This document shows, piece by piece, positions 1 through 13,000 of a DNA stretch of 64,000 nt (positions are counted from its first letter, which is position 1; each line of letters begins with the position of its first letter). Source of the DNA: Somniosus microcephalus. Its lineage: Eukaryota. The stretch spans positions 33,046,001-33,110,000 of the forward strand of contig CM126220.1 of the NCBI GenBank assembly GCA_052327205.1, read 5' to 3'. Made by a program: the position numbers and the translations under genes. The notes under the pieces were generated by a model. That model was not told the DNA's origin. It saw only the letters and a list, made by a program, of their open reading frames with translations, and searched no databases.

Positions 1-239
1 ATTACATTGGCTACTCTCTGATCCCATGATACAGTTTTTCACATTTAAGGAGGATTGAAAAATTGTCGTCAGAACCTCTCCTATCTCCTCTCTGACTTAA
101 CTCAACAGATCAGTTATGTTACGCAGAAGAAAGGTCCCAGTACAGATCCCTGGACACATCACCAACTATACCTTGTCTTACCTTCAGTACAATTGAAGCA
201 TCAATCAGCATTTTGGATCATCACCAGCAGGAGCTGGAT

Positions 240-850
240 TCTGAGGGAGTGCTGCACTGTTGGAGGTGCTGCCTTTCGGATGACACATTGGGCCTGAATT
301 TGCGGTCGGAGACTTCCCACCAAGCATAAGAATTTCACGGGCATTCGCTGGGCAGTAGTTGGGCAAATACCCACAGAGGCCCTTTTCCCATGGATGCGGA
401 TGATCTGTCAAGAAGATTCTTGACAGATCACAAGTTCCGGGTTTTCGAGCATGATCTTCGCGCGCGAAAACCCGGAACTTGCGGGGCCCTTACAGGTGCA
501 TAAGCACCACATATACACCCATAGGCCCTGGAAAATCAGAGCCATTAAATCGAGGCCCCGCCTGCTCTTTCAGGTGGATGTAAAAGAGCCCATGGCACTA
601 CTTTGAAGAAGAGCAGCGGAGTTATCCCCGGTGTCCTGGCCAACATTTATCCCTCAATCAACATCAATAAAACAGATTATCTGGTCATTATCACACTGCT
701 GTTTGTGGGATCTTGCTAAGCGCAAATTGGCTGCCACGTTTCCTACATTACAATAGTGACTACATGGCAAAAGCACTTCATTGGCTGTAAAGCGCTTTGG
801 GACGTCCTGAGGTTGTGAAGGGTGCTCAATAAATGCAAGCCTTTCTTTTT
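240..850 (+). mobile_element. DeuSINE (SacSINE1/AmnSINE1-like), interrupted by a MITE at 290-543
   Basis: The Deu-domain-like core (gagggagtgctgcactg...caggtggatgtaaaaga...ttgaagaagagcag...cctggccaacatttatccctc) and the taaatgcaag-ctttcttt tail are shared with the copies at 3183, 4235, 8020 and 47124. Confidence 0.8.
290..543. mobile_element. Harbinger-type MITE, 254 bp
   Basis: Imperfect TIRs gggcctgaattt / aaaatcagagcc, with a 3-bp TSD ATT (287-289, 544-546). Removing it restores the SINE. Two internal hairpins. Confidence 0.75.
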
Positions 851-852
851 TA

Positions 853-1195
853 TTATTGATAGGGTAGATAGTGAGAAACTATTTCCTCCAGTGGGCGAGT
901 CCAAGTCAAAGAGGCATAACTTTAAAATTAGGCCGATCAGGGGGTGATGTCAGGAAGCATCTTTTTACACAAAGGGTAGTGGAAATCTGGAATTCTCTCC
1001 CACAAAAAGCTGTTGAGGCTTGGTCAATTGAAAATGTAAAAATTGAGATTGATAGATTTTTGTTAGGCAAGAGTGTTAAGGGTTACGGAACCAAGGCGGG
1101 TAGATGGATTTAAAATACAGATCCACCATGATCTAATTCAATGGAGGAACAGGCTCAAGGGGTTGAATGGCCCACTCCTGTTCCTATGCTCCTAG
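853..1195 (+). mobile_element. CR1 LINE 3' fragment
   Basis: Encodes the ORF2 C-terminus (RKHLFTQRVVEIWNSLPQKAVEA...IDRFL) followed by a CR1-type 3' UTR (tcctgttcctatg). Confidence 0.85.
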
Positions 1196-2020
1196 AAACA
1201 GGGACCCTGGCTAATTTCTTGCCTCCCTACCCCAGTACATTCAGGCAATTGTAGTTCCCCTAAATACTTTTCAGCTGGGTCTATTGCATAGTCTACACTA
1301 ACTCGACATGGGTCTACATAACTATATTTGCTGCAGTTCAGGAACAGTGTGATTGAGAGCAACTGTGGTGCTGTGCAGGGCTCTCATTGGATTTTCTAAC
1401 AGTCTGATTTGAAAGATTGAAGGAAATCTCTTTTGTACATGTTGAGTGACAGATGGGAGCTGCAGCCGATGGCAGGTTTTTTTGTAAACAAAGGTTTAAA
1501 CAGGAAATGCCACAACGAGTCATACAAGCCGAAGACTACAACAGAAGTTTGAGGTAAAAAGAAGTCAGATAGTCACTTTGAGACATTTGAGAGACGTGAT
1601 AAGGTGCAATATAAATGTAAGTTTTCACTTTTTTTCCCCCTTCCTTATAAACGAGGTGCAGCGACCTCTAAATATGGCTGTTGGAACTATTGTGCTGGTG
1701 AATTTACTTGTCATTTTGTTCCAGTAATGAGCAGTTTAGTAGCAGAGGTGGATAAACAGAGGTACAGCTGGCACCTGTATTTTCATAGTCTGGATACAGA
1801 GGTCCCCAGAGAGAAGCCTTACTCCATCTACACTTGCAGAATGCAGCATTTCACAGAACAGGGTAAAACCTGTAAATTTAGGAGACAGAATATAGATCAT
1901 GCAACTTAAGATATGGCATGCATTTAAATTTATTTCCATACATGCTGCCTGTTTTGAGGTGAATCTTGCTCCCATCCCCCTGACTCAGCACCTTGGTTAC
2001 ATGAGTCTTTGATGTTTACT

Positions 2021-2280
2021 GTCTTCTTCTTCTCCTTCTTAGGCAGTCCCTCGGAACCGAGGATGACTTGCTTCCGTCTCTAAAAATGAGTTCTCAGGTG
2101 ACTGATGAGTCCAATGCGGGACCTACAGTCTCTGTCACAGGTGGAGCAGACGGTGGTTGAAGGGGCGGGTGGGTGGGGTGCTTGGGTTGACGTGCGCTCC
2201 TTCCGCTGTTTGCGCTTGGCTTCCGCTTGCCCCTGGCGAAGAGACTCGAGGTGTTCAGCACCTTCCCGGATGCTTCTCTG
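2021..2280 (-). mobile_element. RTE-clade LINE 3' fragment
   Basis: The minus strand encodes a C-terminal CDRDCRSRIGLISHLRTH motif and ends in a (GAA)n tail. Highly similar to 63495-63898. Confidence 0.75.
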
Positions 2281-3182
2281 TTTACTGTGGTCTTAGGATC
2301 ACAAACAGACTGGTTAATATAAGGCAACGTTGGAAGCCCCTGAACAATAGCCGAAACTTGTGGAGCCCTCAGCATCATCCTGCGCTTCCCCTCCCTGCCC
2401 CAAGAGGCTCAGACAGAACTCTTTAAGTCTGTACACAGGGATCTACAGCAGATGCTTCTCCTGTTGTTTGGACACATTTAGTTCGCAGCCTTCAAGCTTT
2501 GTTATGTAATAGCACTCCTAGCAACTGGTGAATAGGAAATGAGCTCATCGAGCTGGATGATGAAGCACTGTCCTCTCTCCCACCTCCTGAAAAATCTGCG
2601 AGGAGATCTCAATCTCATTAAATTATACAAGTTTGTCTTCAGATTCATATTATAATCTTTCCTGATGAACAGGCCACCTCCTGCCCCCAGACTGAGTACT
2701 CACCTCTCCCTTGCCAATCAACAATCTATCCCATCCCAATTATTGATCCAGGACTGGCAACATTCTGTCAGGGAAACCCAAACACTCTGCAATTTTTTTG
2801 CTGCCCCATTTTTTGTCTCTCATCTCCTGAATGTGCAGACTCGCTGGTCTCTGACCCCAAGTGACCGTTATTCATGAGTGAGCTTTGACATTGAATATCA
2901 TCAGACTATTTGACCACAAGTGAAACCTGTCCTTATCTGTTTTCCAAATGCTCACACGTTTCAGCACCGAGGGGGGGGTCACTGGATAGTGATTGTGAAC
3001 AGGAACCCTCACTAGCATTAATACTGAGGTCAATACTTTTTCTCCAGCTGAAATTAATTATCTCAGCACAGACCAGAGATGGAATCAGGGATCCTCCTGG
3101 TGCCTATGGCTCCACTACTGACTGGATAAACTTACTAAGACATGGGAGAAATCCTTTGTTGCTTGGTATGATGAGAGCCCTG

Positions 3183-3548
3183 TCAGTACAGTGCTACACT
3201 GTCGCAGGTGCCGTCTTTGGGATGATATATTAAACCGAGGCCACGTCTGCCCTCTCAGGTGGACGTAAAAGATCCCATGGCACTATTTTGAAGAAGAGCA
3301 GGGGAGTTATCCCTGGTGTCCTGGCCAATATTTATCCCTAAATCACCATCACTAAAAAACATTATCTGGTTATTATCGCATTGCTGTTTGTGGGAGCTTG
3401 CTGTGCGCAAATTAGCTGCCGCATTTCCTACATTACAACGGTGACTACACCTCAAAAAGTACTTCATTGACCGTAAAGCGCTTTGGGATGTCCGGTGGTC
3501 ATGAAAGGCGCTATAAAAATGCAAGACTTTTTTTTTCTTTTTTCTTTC
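3183..3548 (+). mobile_element. DeuSINE (SacSINE1-like), 5'-truncated
   Basis: Same Deu core and T-rich tail as the other copies. Confidence 0.8.
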
Positions 3549-4234
3549 TCCAACTTCCCAGTTGAGATAAAAATTTAGTGCGTAAGGAAGTGTTCGGTTC
3601 AAAATTTTACATAAATAATCTGTTGAGTAAAAGAGCAGAGACACAGAGCTTCAAATGGAATATGTCCAGCTTGGTAAATGAAAAAATATTTCATTGTTTT
3701 AGCATTGACACACGTTCTTGCCTCTTAGATGGATAATACAAGGTGGTGGTGTTTGGGAACCGGGGGAGTGGCTGTACCAGATACAAAATCAATCTATTCA
3801 CATGGAGCACTGTAACTAACCATCTGTTCTCGTTCATCATTTTTTAAAATATACTCTGCCTCAGATTGTAAAGACTACCAGTTCTGTTTTTTAGATAACT
3901 TTTACAGATTTATTATAATACCAACACAGAATTTTGTTTTGAACAGCAGAAGAGGATCAATGGCCCATTACTGGATATAGCAGATCCATTAACAACTCAA
4001 CTTAACTCCTCCTCCAAACATAAAGTCCTCAGCAACTGCCCCTTCGGTTGCACAATGATATTAATGCCCTACAGTCTCCCAACATTTTTGGGAGGCTACC
4101 ACTCTCATGTTCTATCCTGTTTAATCCTGAAGTAATCTTCTGCACTGCTGCAGATCACCCTGACCATCGAAGCATCCCTGTTATTGAATGATGGCCTTTC
4201 TGGGTTCAGATTGTCAATGAGTGGATCCTCCTTG

Positions 4235-5500
4235 CGTGTCAGTCGTGGCTCAGTTGGTAGCGCTCTTGCCTCTTAGTCAGCATGATGTGGGTTCAAGTCC
4301 CACTCCAGAGACATGGGGGTTGATTTTGTCAATGGGGGCGCGTTGGAGGCGGGACTGTTGCTTGTCGGGTTTCAGTCCCGCCTCCATCGACTTCTGGCCA
4401 ACCCACGCTATTTTCCCTTGATTAACCTTGTTAAGCCTGCCCAGCGGGCTTAGCAGGCCAAGTAAGGGGAAGCCGGTTACAGAGAACGTCAGCGTATGAC
4501 GTTTCATCTGTCAAAAATCTTTGACAGATGAATTGCCATCGTTTGACAGCTCTGTGAAGCTGTCAAACACTGACGTTCTCTGTTGTTTGATGAGTCCTTG
4601 TATTCAAGACTCATCAAACCTCTTTTGTGAGCAGAAATTAGATGGTTGTTGCATCGGAGAATGCAGCAGCCATTCTGTCATCTCTGCCGGTGAGATACGA
4701 AACTCTCCGCATCCCCAACTGTTGAAGCCTGCAGGAAGAAACAAAGGTAAGTAAATATTTTCTATCACTTTTCACTCACCTCACATACTTACCTCTCCAC
4801 ACTTGCACCCATCACTTACCTCCACGGCGCACTTTTGGACCCCTCCGACCCCCGCAGACCCACTGCTCGCCTCGATGACCCTAGCGGGGTTTCCCGACAT
4901 CGGGAAGCCCACGCCTCTGGTGGAAAATTGGGGATAATCCTTTTAACTGTCTGTTAACTACCTGTTAACAGGCAGTTAAGTGGCTGTAATCCCCTTCCCG
5001 CCTCCAGGAGATGGGTCCCGGCGCGGGTCGGGTACCCGCCTCCTGGGAAGATGGCACGGAGGCGGGATGGGTACACGCCCCCAGATTCTGCCATTTACCC
5101 GGCAGCCCCGCCTCCAAACCTGCCCCCCCAGGGCTGGCAAAACCCAGCCCTTGAGCACAAAATCCAGCCTGACATGCCAGTGTAGTACGGAGGGAGTGCT
5201 GCACTGTCAGAGGTGCCATCTTTTAGATGGACATAAAAGATCCCATGACACTATTTCAAAGAAGAGCAGGGGAGTTCTCCCCGGTGTCCTGGACAACATT
5301 TATCCCTTAAGCAACATCACTAAAACAGATTATCTGTTCATTATCACATTGTTGATTGTGGGAACTTGCTGTTCATAAACTGGCTGCCACGTTTGCTACA
5401 TTACACTACACTTCAAAAGTACTTAATTGGCTGTCAAGCTGATTGGGACGTCCTGAGGTCATGAAAGGTACTATGTAAATGCAAGTCTTTCTTTCTTTTC
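4235..5500 (+). mobile_element. Full-length tRNA-headed DeuSINE, split by a MITE at 4316-5150
   Basis: Pol III A box (tggctcagttgg) and B box (ggttcaagtcc) lie at about 4246-4300. The SINE resumes at 5151 (ttgagcacaaaa...) with the Deu core and tail. Confidence 0.8.
4316..5150. mobile_element. Harbinger-type non-autonomous element, 835 bp
   Basis: Imperfect TIRs ggggttgattttgtc / ggcaaaacccagccc, flanked by atg/ttg (degenerate TSD). It interrupts the SINE cleanly and has internal ctgtcaa/ttgacag hairpins. Confidence 0.65.
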
Positions 5501-7196
5501 TCCCTAAACTCTTGAAGGTGTAATGTTCAATTTCCTCCCAACCAAATCAACCTTATAGAGATTATTAATGACCAGTTGATGTAGTGTGATGGACACCATG
5601 GTGTGATTTGAACATTGCGAGATGCTGTGGTGGTTCTGCCTGATCCTAATTATATAGACGTTCAGGGAAAGTGATTGCAAAACTCAAAAACATACATTTC
5701 AAATGTCTGACGCAAATCACTTGGCTTTCCCCAGCGTAGCATTGTTTTCTGCATGACATATTTGTTATCTGAGACACTAGCACATATATGGAGGACTGTC
5801 AATTCCTGTGCTGTTACCATCAGCCCCATTTCACAATCTTTTTGTTTAAACTCTTGAGTAAATAATGTGGAGACGAGAAGTAAAAGTAATTTTCACATCG
5901 TTCCCTTGTTGTAGATTGAGCAATAAACAGATTATTGATCAGTAGGCTACTGTGGATTATTGATTGCCCCACAGGCAGAGCAACATCTGTTAATACTCTG
6001 TGTATGGATCAAAAATCTTCAGAGACACACTAGTTTCAATAGTAAGCTTGGAGGAAGCTTTGATTGGAAAGTACAAGCCTTCCTAAGGTTATCCATCTTC
6101 CCATGGGGAAAATCTTTGTACTTTCTCATCAACAACTTTCATATAAGAAAAGAATTCTTCAGAGATCCTCTGATTAATGTGCAATGGAAACACTCCCTCA
6201 TTGCATCTGCTCTCCCACCTGCCCCTTTTTATTACTGAGAGGCCACTACTGTAGCACTTGTCATTACTGGCCTATAATATAATTGAGTTTTTATTGTTTG
6301 CCATCCAATACACAATGAATTGACAAAGGTAGCCTTGAAAAAGACCTGGGAAAGACAGAAGACTCATCACTTTCAATGACTGGACAATGTTACAAAGCAG
6401 TTAGAGAATGTTGGTATATATAACCAGAGGTTATGTTGGGTCTTTACAATGCACAGGTCAGACTGCGTTTGGAGTACTGTGTTCAATTCTGATTAGCAGA
6501 TCACAAGAAAATACAGAGAAGTATAGTGTGCCTGGCAGGCCCTTCCTACTTCTCCATCAGCATATAAACTGGAGTCTGGGAAGCCAGAAAGCCAAAACAG
6601 AAAAAGGTGTTGGTGCTCTTTGGCTTGTTTCGCTAAGGCAACCAAGTTGAGCTTTATGAACCTTAAAAGCCATGTCATGGGCATCAGGAGAACCACGTGT
6701 CACTTCCTGAACCCTCCTCTGCCCCAGCAATGGATCCTTCTATACTGGAGTGCAAGAATTCCTGCATTGAAAATTATAAAACGCCTTGGAATCATGTCTG
6801 CTGGGATTTAATTTACCAGCAGCCCAGGGATCCAGGCCTATATATTTAGGCTGAATACCTGATTACTCACGAGCACAGCAGAGAAAGCTGACACTCTGAG
6901 CGGGAGAGCAGGCACATGTCAAGTGACTTTATTTGGTTTGTCAATTCTTATTCATTGAAAGCACTAGGCTATAAATTGTGTCCACCTTTCTCTGGCTCCT
7001 GCTGGCTTGTTCCATGTCCTCTCTTTCCTGTGCACCTTCCTCATGTTGTGAGGAGGGAGGTTTCTGGTGTGACTTGAGCCTACAACCATCTGACTCGCAA
7101 GCAAGAATGCTACTAACTGAACCAAGGTGCCACTAGGCCAAAAGGATGGCTGGTGTGGGCAGTGGAAATGTGTAGTAGGGAGCGCTCTTCTGACAT

Positions 7197-7861
7197 GGGG
7201 AGAAAAATTGGGTTGCTTTGCACCTCCCGTTAGCGCCTGTGGGGGGGGCGCTAATGGGGTGCAAAGCCCCTAGCACCGTGGCATGGTGCCGCTAACTCCT
7301 CCCGTGAAAATCAGCGGGAGGTTAGCGGCGGCGGTAGCCGGTAGCGCCCCACGGAGCTGCGGCCCCGGCGATGACATCATCACTGTGCGCAGTGCCCCGT
7401 TCGCGCCCCGGCTGCAAACTTCAGTTGTGCCCCCTGACCTGTTGCCGGACGATATGTCTGATAGTGTCAGGGTGGCGTTTTTGCTGCCACGGCGGCGCAA
7501 GTTAAAGGGCAGGTGTCGGGCGGATGTTTTTTTTTTGGCCGCCTGCCAGCACCTGCCCCCTTCCCCTTTTTTATTCAGAGTGCCAGCCGTGATCGCTCAG
7601 CCCAGCACTCCAGCAGGGCCCCAGTGCGCACAGTGCTACACCCCTCATCTTTAATCAGGGGAGGGAGGCCTGCAATACCGCGGTGCTACGAGCCGACACG
7701 TGGCGCTGTTGCACGTAGCGCCGCGATGTTCACTTGTAGCTCCCCAGGAAGGAGGGGAGTGCTTCCATTAGCGCCCCGCCTCCTGCTTGGGGCGCTTCCA
7801 CTGAATTTACGCCCCGGCGAAGTGAGCGCCCCAAAAGGGGCGCCACCGAATCTTTCTTCCC
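7197..7861 (-). mobile_element. ~700-bp GC-rich Harbinger MITE family copy (diverged)
   Basis: Ends ggggagaaaaattggg / ccgaatctttcttccc. The interior is the reverse complement of 32810-33508 and 41045-41748 and is colinear with 62589-63263. Confidence 0.7.
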
Positions 7862-7908
7862 AGGATTTAAGTCACATTCTTGACACAGTGTAGAGGGAGC
7901 TTTAGTTT

Positions 7909-8014
7909 GGAGGTAATTTTAACCGAATCCTGGCAGGAGATTGACAACAGTTTTACACGCCACCCGATTTTGCTTTCCATCACTTTCCATTTGGATTAGG
8001 TTAAAATTACCTCC
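7909..8014. mobile_element. 106-bp mini-MITE
   Basis: Perfect 16-bp TIR ggaggtaattttaacc / ggttaaaattacctcc, with TTT on both sides (3-bp TSD). Confidence 0.8.
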
Positions 8015-8019
8015 TTTTG

Positions 8020-8325
8020 TCTGGTCCCACTGCAGGACTTGAGCACATACCCCAGGAAGACATTTCAGTGCATTACTGAGGGAGTGCTGCACTGTCGGCA
8101 GCGACATCTTTGAGTTGAGACATTAAACCAAGGCTCTCTCTACCTATTCAGGTGGGCATGAATGATCCCTTGACACTTGAAGAAGAACAGGAGTTGTCCA
8201 GTGTCCTGTCCAATATTTATTCCTCAAGCAACACCAAATACAGATTAACTGGCCATTCATCTCATTACTGTTTGTGGAACCATGCTTTGTGCAAATTGGT
8301 CGTTGTTGTGTTTGCTTACCTAAGA
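8020..8325 (+). mobile_element. DeuSINE, diverged fragment
   Basis: Deu core motifs present (actgagggagtgctgcactgtc, cttgaagaagaacagg, ccaatatttattcctc). Confidence 0.65.
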
Positions 8326-8434
8326 ATATTTAAGTATTTGTATTTACATTACATATTATAAAATATATATTTTCGAGGGGGTTAGGTTTGGATTATTTAT
8401 ATTAAAATAAGAAGGGAAATTGGGAATGCCCAAA

Positions 8435-9005
8435 GCAGGAAGATTTTGGCCTTTAGTTTTGGCTGCGCAGTGCCCATGGTTTGGGCGCTAACTGGCCTAT
8501 GAAGCCTTCAATATAGCGAGCAGGGAGCGTGCACACATTTCCGGCTAGAAATGCACCGCCCGCCAAATTGAGATAAGAAAAAAAATAGGTGTCCTTTACC
8601 CGCGCCTGACGCAGGCGTTAATCCTTTGCATATGCAAATAAGGGGCCTAATGCCAGTTTGAGGCCCCCTCTGCAAGATTGGTTTTCCCTGAGGAAGCTCA
8701 TGCCAGCTCCCCCCTCCCCGAGCGCCACCGCCCCTGACAACTGCTCATCCCCACCCCACACATCACCCCCACCCCGCCGGCCTGTTTTCTCAATCCCTGA
8801 TTCGCCCCCACAGCCTCCTCCGACTCCCGACCCAGCCAGCTGTCCCTGGCTGCGATCCTGGACCCGGCTCCTGACCCACTTACCCGAGGCCCGTTTCAAC
8901 GCTAGCAGTGGCCCACTATTGCTCTACTCTTTGCCGGCCGGCTCCATTGTAATGAGGCCTGAGGCCTCTGGCCGCACCAGTCAGGTGCAGGGAATTTCCG
9001 GGCCT
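8435..9005. mobile_element. GC-rich MITE-like element
   Basis: The right end ggaatttccgggcc resembles the local Harbinger TIRs. The interior is homologous to 17745-17960 and, reversed, to 61640-61788. The left boundary is uncertain. Confidence 0.45.
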
Positions 9006-10074
9006 TTGCCTTTATCGGCCCTGGTGAGCTAAGCTATGTGCTGGAATGCTAAAGATGAACTTTATCTCTATCTACGAACCAAGAAAGGAAAGTAGAAAAT
9101 AGCAGGAAGACAATGAACAGTAAAAATTAAATGCACAGAATGGATGAGAAGATGAGCAATATATGTGCTTTTTAAACTGAAGAAAATGCACTTCCTCCAC
9201 AACAGGTCATAGATCAGTTGTGCCGTATGTACAGCATAAGTCAAATATTGCAATCCATCTGGTATTATTTTGGTCCATTTCCTCCTTGAGCTAATGTATG
9301 AACCGAATGTCTGTTATGCAGCTTCTCTACGGGAATTAAGGTCAGTATAAATGCTGTGCAAACATTCTAAACCCAGATAATTATGGGCACTGTATGCCCT
9401 TTGTTGATCTACATATGCTGTACTGTAAAATCATTATTCATGAAAAAACACCTTCACAGCCTGTCCATGTAAACAAGTGATAATAAGCAAAGCATTAACT
9501 GTTCTATCTTTAGAACAGTTCTTACTTTGAACTTGCTGCAGGATTCTTTGTAATCCAACATCGAATTAAAAAGAATAACTATATTAAGGTGTAAATGCAT
9601 TGTAAATTCCAGCAGATGTTCAGCTTCTGGTAACAGAAGACCTTCAGTCTTCAGTGCTCTGGCTGGTGTCTAATTGATACATTGTCAAATACTGATTGAT
9701 AAGAGGTTGATAAGGGAATATTTCTGTATGACGTTCCTTGGGGTCAATTTTAACTTTCTGAAATTGGCATTAACAGGTTCCCTAATGGTCTCAAATTGGG
9801 GTCAGTAGACCTACCAACCCTATAGACATCGATGCTCTGCCCGCTGCACTTATACAGGGGCCTAGCTCTGGGCGGCCAAAGCGCCTCCCTGTTTCAAGTG
9901 GTAGGTCCCTTTTAATATGCAAATCAGGGACCAATGATGTACATAGGACTCCAAATTTCATCTTATGGTTTGAACTGGTAGGAGCGTGCGTTGTGAGCTC
10001 TTCGGCCAGTTTAGCAGGTGATGCTGCCAAAAGAGGCCCTGTGAAGGTAAGTTTTAAATAATTTTTATGGGGCT

Positions 10075-13000
10075 ACATAAGAACATAAGAAATAGGAGCA
10101 AGAGTAGACTATTCAACCCCTCGCGCCTGCTCCGCCATTCAATGAGATCATGGCTGATCTGATCTTGGCCTCAACTCCACTTTTCTGCCCGCTCCCCATA
10201 ACCCTTGACTCACCTGTAGTTCAAAATCTGTCTATCTCCACCTTGAATATATTCAATGACCCAGCCTCCATAGCTCTCTGGGGTAGAGAATTCCAAAGAT
10301 TCACAACCCTCTGAGAGAAGAAATTCCTCCTCTGTCTTAAATGGGTGACCCTTTATTCTGAAACTGTGTCCCTAGTTCTTGATTCCCCTATGAGGGGAAA
10401 CAACTTCCCTGCATCTACCCTGTCAAGCCCCGTCAGAATCTTATATGTTTCAATAAGATCACCTCTCATTCTTCTAAACTCCAATGAGTATAGGCCCAAC
10501 CTGCTCAACCTTTCCTCATAAGACAACCTCTTCATCCCAGGAATCAACTAGTGAACCTTCTCTGAACTGCCTCCAATGAAAGTATATCCCTCCTTAAATA
10601 AGGAGACCAAAACTGTACGCAGTACTCGAGATGTAGTCTCACCAATGCCCTGTACAGTTGTAGCAAGACTTCCCTACTTTTATACTCCATCCCTCTTGCA
10701 ATAAAGGCCAACATTCCATTTGTCTTCCTAGTTACTTGCTGTACCTGCATGCTAACTTTTTGTGTTTCATGTCCGAGGACACCCAGGTCCCTCTGTACCA
10801 CAGCATTCTGTTGTCTCTCTCCATTTAAATAATATTTTGCTTTTCTATTCTTCCTACCAAAATGGATAACCTCACATTTTCCCACATTATACTCCATCTG
10901 CCAAATTTTTGCCAACTCACTTAACCTATCTATATCCCTTTGCAGACTCGTTGGCTGCAAATTTAATGGAGGAGGTGGGGTGGGGGCATCATCAGCCGGT
11001 TTCCTTAAAGGGACCATGTCTACATGGAGTTTGACAGTTGTTCTGTCAGTGTTTGACAGCATTGAGGTGCTGCAAACACTGACAATCACTGCACAATGGT
11101 AAACGCTTGCACCCAGGCTCTCCAATGACTCCCTCCATATGCACCCAACCCTCTCCATCTACTTTATCACTTCCCCATCTCACTAGCCACCCCTCACACT
11201 CACCCTCATCCTACTGCAAGCATACCAACTAACAACACACAAAGGTAGGCACTTGAGAGGTTTAGCCAATATCCATGTGAAGTTTCTGGTAATGTGATGT
11301 CATACAGTGAAATCTCTTTTTCAAAAAGTGCCCCTTATTGGACAGATCTGAGCGAACCTTGAGAAGTGTCTTACTGAGTTCCAGTGATTGGTCAGTCATA
11401 ACCTCTCCGCCCCCCCACCCCAGCTATAGTGATGAGTGTGCATGGAATGGCTTGGACATTAAAGGGATGCTTCATGGTGCTGGTGTGGGGTGGTGTGAAC
11501 CTGCCACATCATGTGGCAGTCAGGGTTTACAGCGTCAAGAGAAGAAAATCTGGCCATGCAATTTTGTCGGGGGCTGATGCCCTGTGTCCAGTGCAGCATC
11601 AGGTGATGGCGGAGAAGGTTGGTGATGTTTGTGTTGGGGCTGATCGTGGAAGGATTCGGAGGACCAAGGTCTGATTGTTTCATTGGCTCCAATGTTCCTG
11701 GAATAGATGGCAGCTGCAGGTGAGATGACAGAAGCGATCTGTCACTGGTGAGAGAGGTTCTCCCAATGAGGTGGCACTGGACATACAGTTGGATCTAAAA
11801 ACTTGTAAGCTAAAGAAATCTCTATATGTATTAAAAATGCAGTAACCAACTTTTTCTGTGCTCTGAAACTCACCATCTGCAACATGGCATCCTTTACACC
11901 ACTTCTGTAGCTGTCAGCTTTTCACAAACATCAGAGCAGACTCAAAGCACGCCAGGCTGAGCTGGCGTGTTCCCCGATCAGCAGGTAACCCATGAGAGAG
12001 AAGGTAAAATTAGAAGTAAGCCTCAAAAGATTCTTAACTTGGCTCTTAACAAGCCATTTAAGCAGCTGAATTGTATCCCCAGCCGCTTGGTGTCGGGCCA
12101 GTTCTGCGCTGACGGACCCGACACCTGGGAGACTCACATGGAGGCGGGTTGACAGCGGGTTTCCTACCCACTGTCAATCTTTGCTATTTTGATAGCAGAT
12201 CCACCTCCAAACCCACCCCCTCAGCGCTATTAAATTTGCGGCCTCTGTTTTCTATTAGTTAGCCAATCCTCTATCCATGCTAATATATTACCCCCAAACC
12301 ATGAGTTCTTATCTTGTGCAGTAACCTTTTATGCGGCACCTTATCAAATGCCTTTTGGAAATCCAAATACACTACATCTACTGGTTCCCCTTTATCCAAC
12401 CTGCTCGTTATATCCTTAAAGAATTCTAATAAATTTGTCAAACACGATTTCCCTTTCATAAAACCATGTTGACTCTGCTTGACTGTATTATGATTTTCTA
12501 AATGCCCTGCCATTACTTCCTTAATAATGGACTCCAGCTTTCCCCAATGACCGGTGTTAGGCTAACTGGCCGATAGTTTCCTGCTTTCTGTCTCCCTCCT
12601 TTCTTGAATATGGGCGTTACATTTGCGGTTTTCCAATCCGCTGGGACCTTTCCAGAGTCTAGGGAATTTTGGAAGATTACAACCAATGTATCTACTATCT
12701 CTGCAGCCACTTCTTTTAAAACCCAAGGATGCAGGCCATCAGGTCCAGGGGACTTGTCAGCCTTTAGTCCCATTAGTTTGCCTAGTACTTTTTCTCTAGT
12801 GATAGTGATTGTTTTAAGTTCCTCCCTCCCTACTGCCACTTGACTTTCCACTATTATTGGGATGCTTTTAGTGTCTTCTACTGTGAAGGCAGATACAAAA
12901 TATTTGTTCAAAGTCTCAGCCATTTCCTTGTTTCCCATTATTAATTCCCCAGTCTCATCCTCTAAGGGACCAATGTTAACTTTAGCTACTCTCTTCCTTT

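Noticed and set aside
1725-1862. Possible host exon (ttccag...gtaaaa; MSSLVAEVDKQRYSWHLYF...YTCRMQH)
   Set aside because: It has splice-like ends and a faint Ig-C1-like YTCxxxH, but no recognisable homologue and no partner exons.
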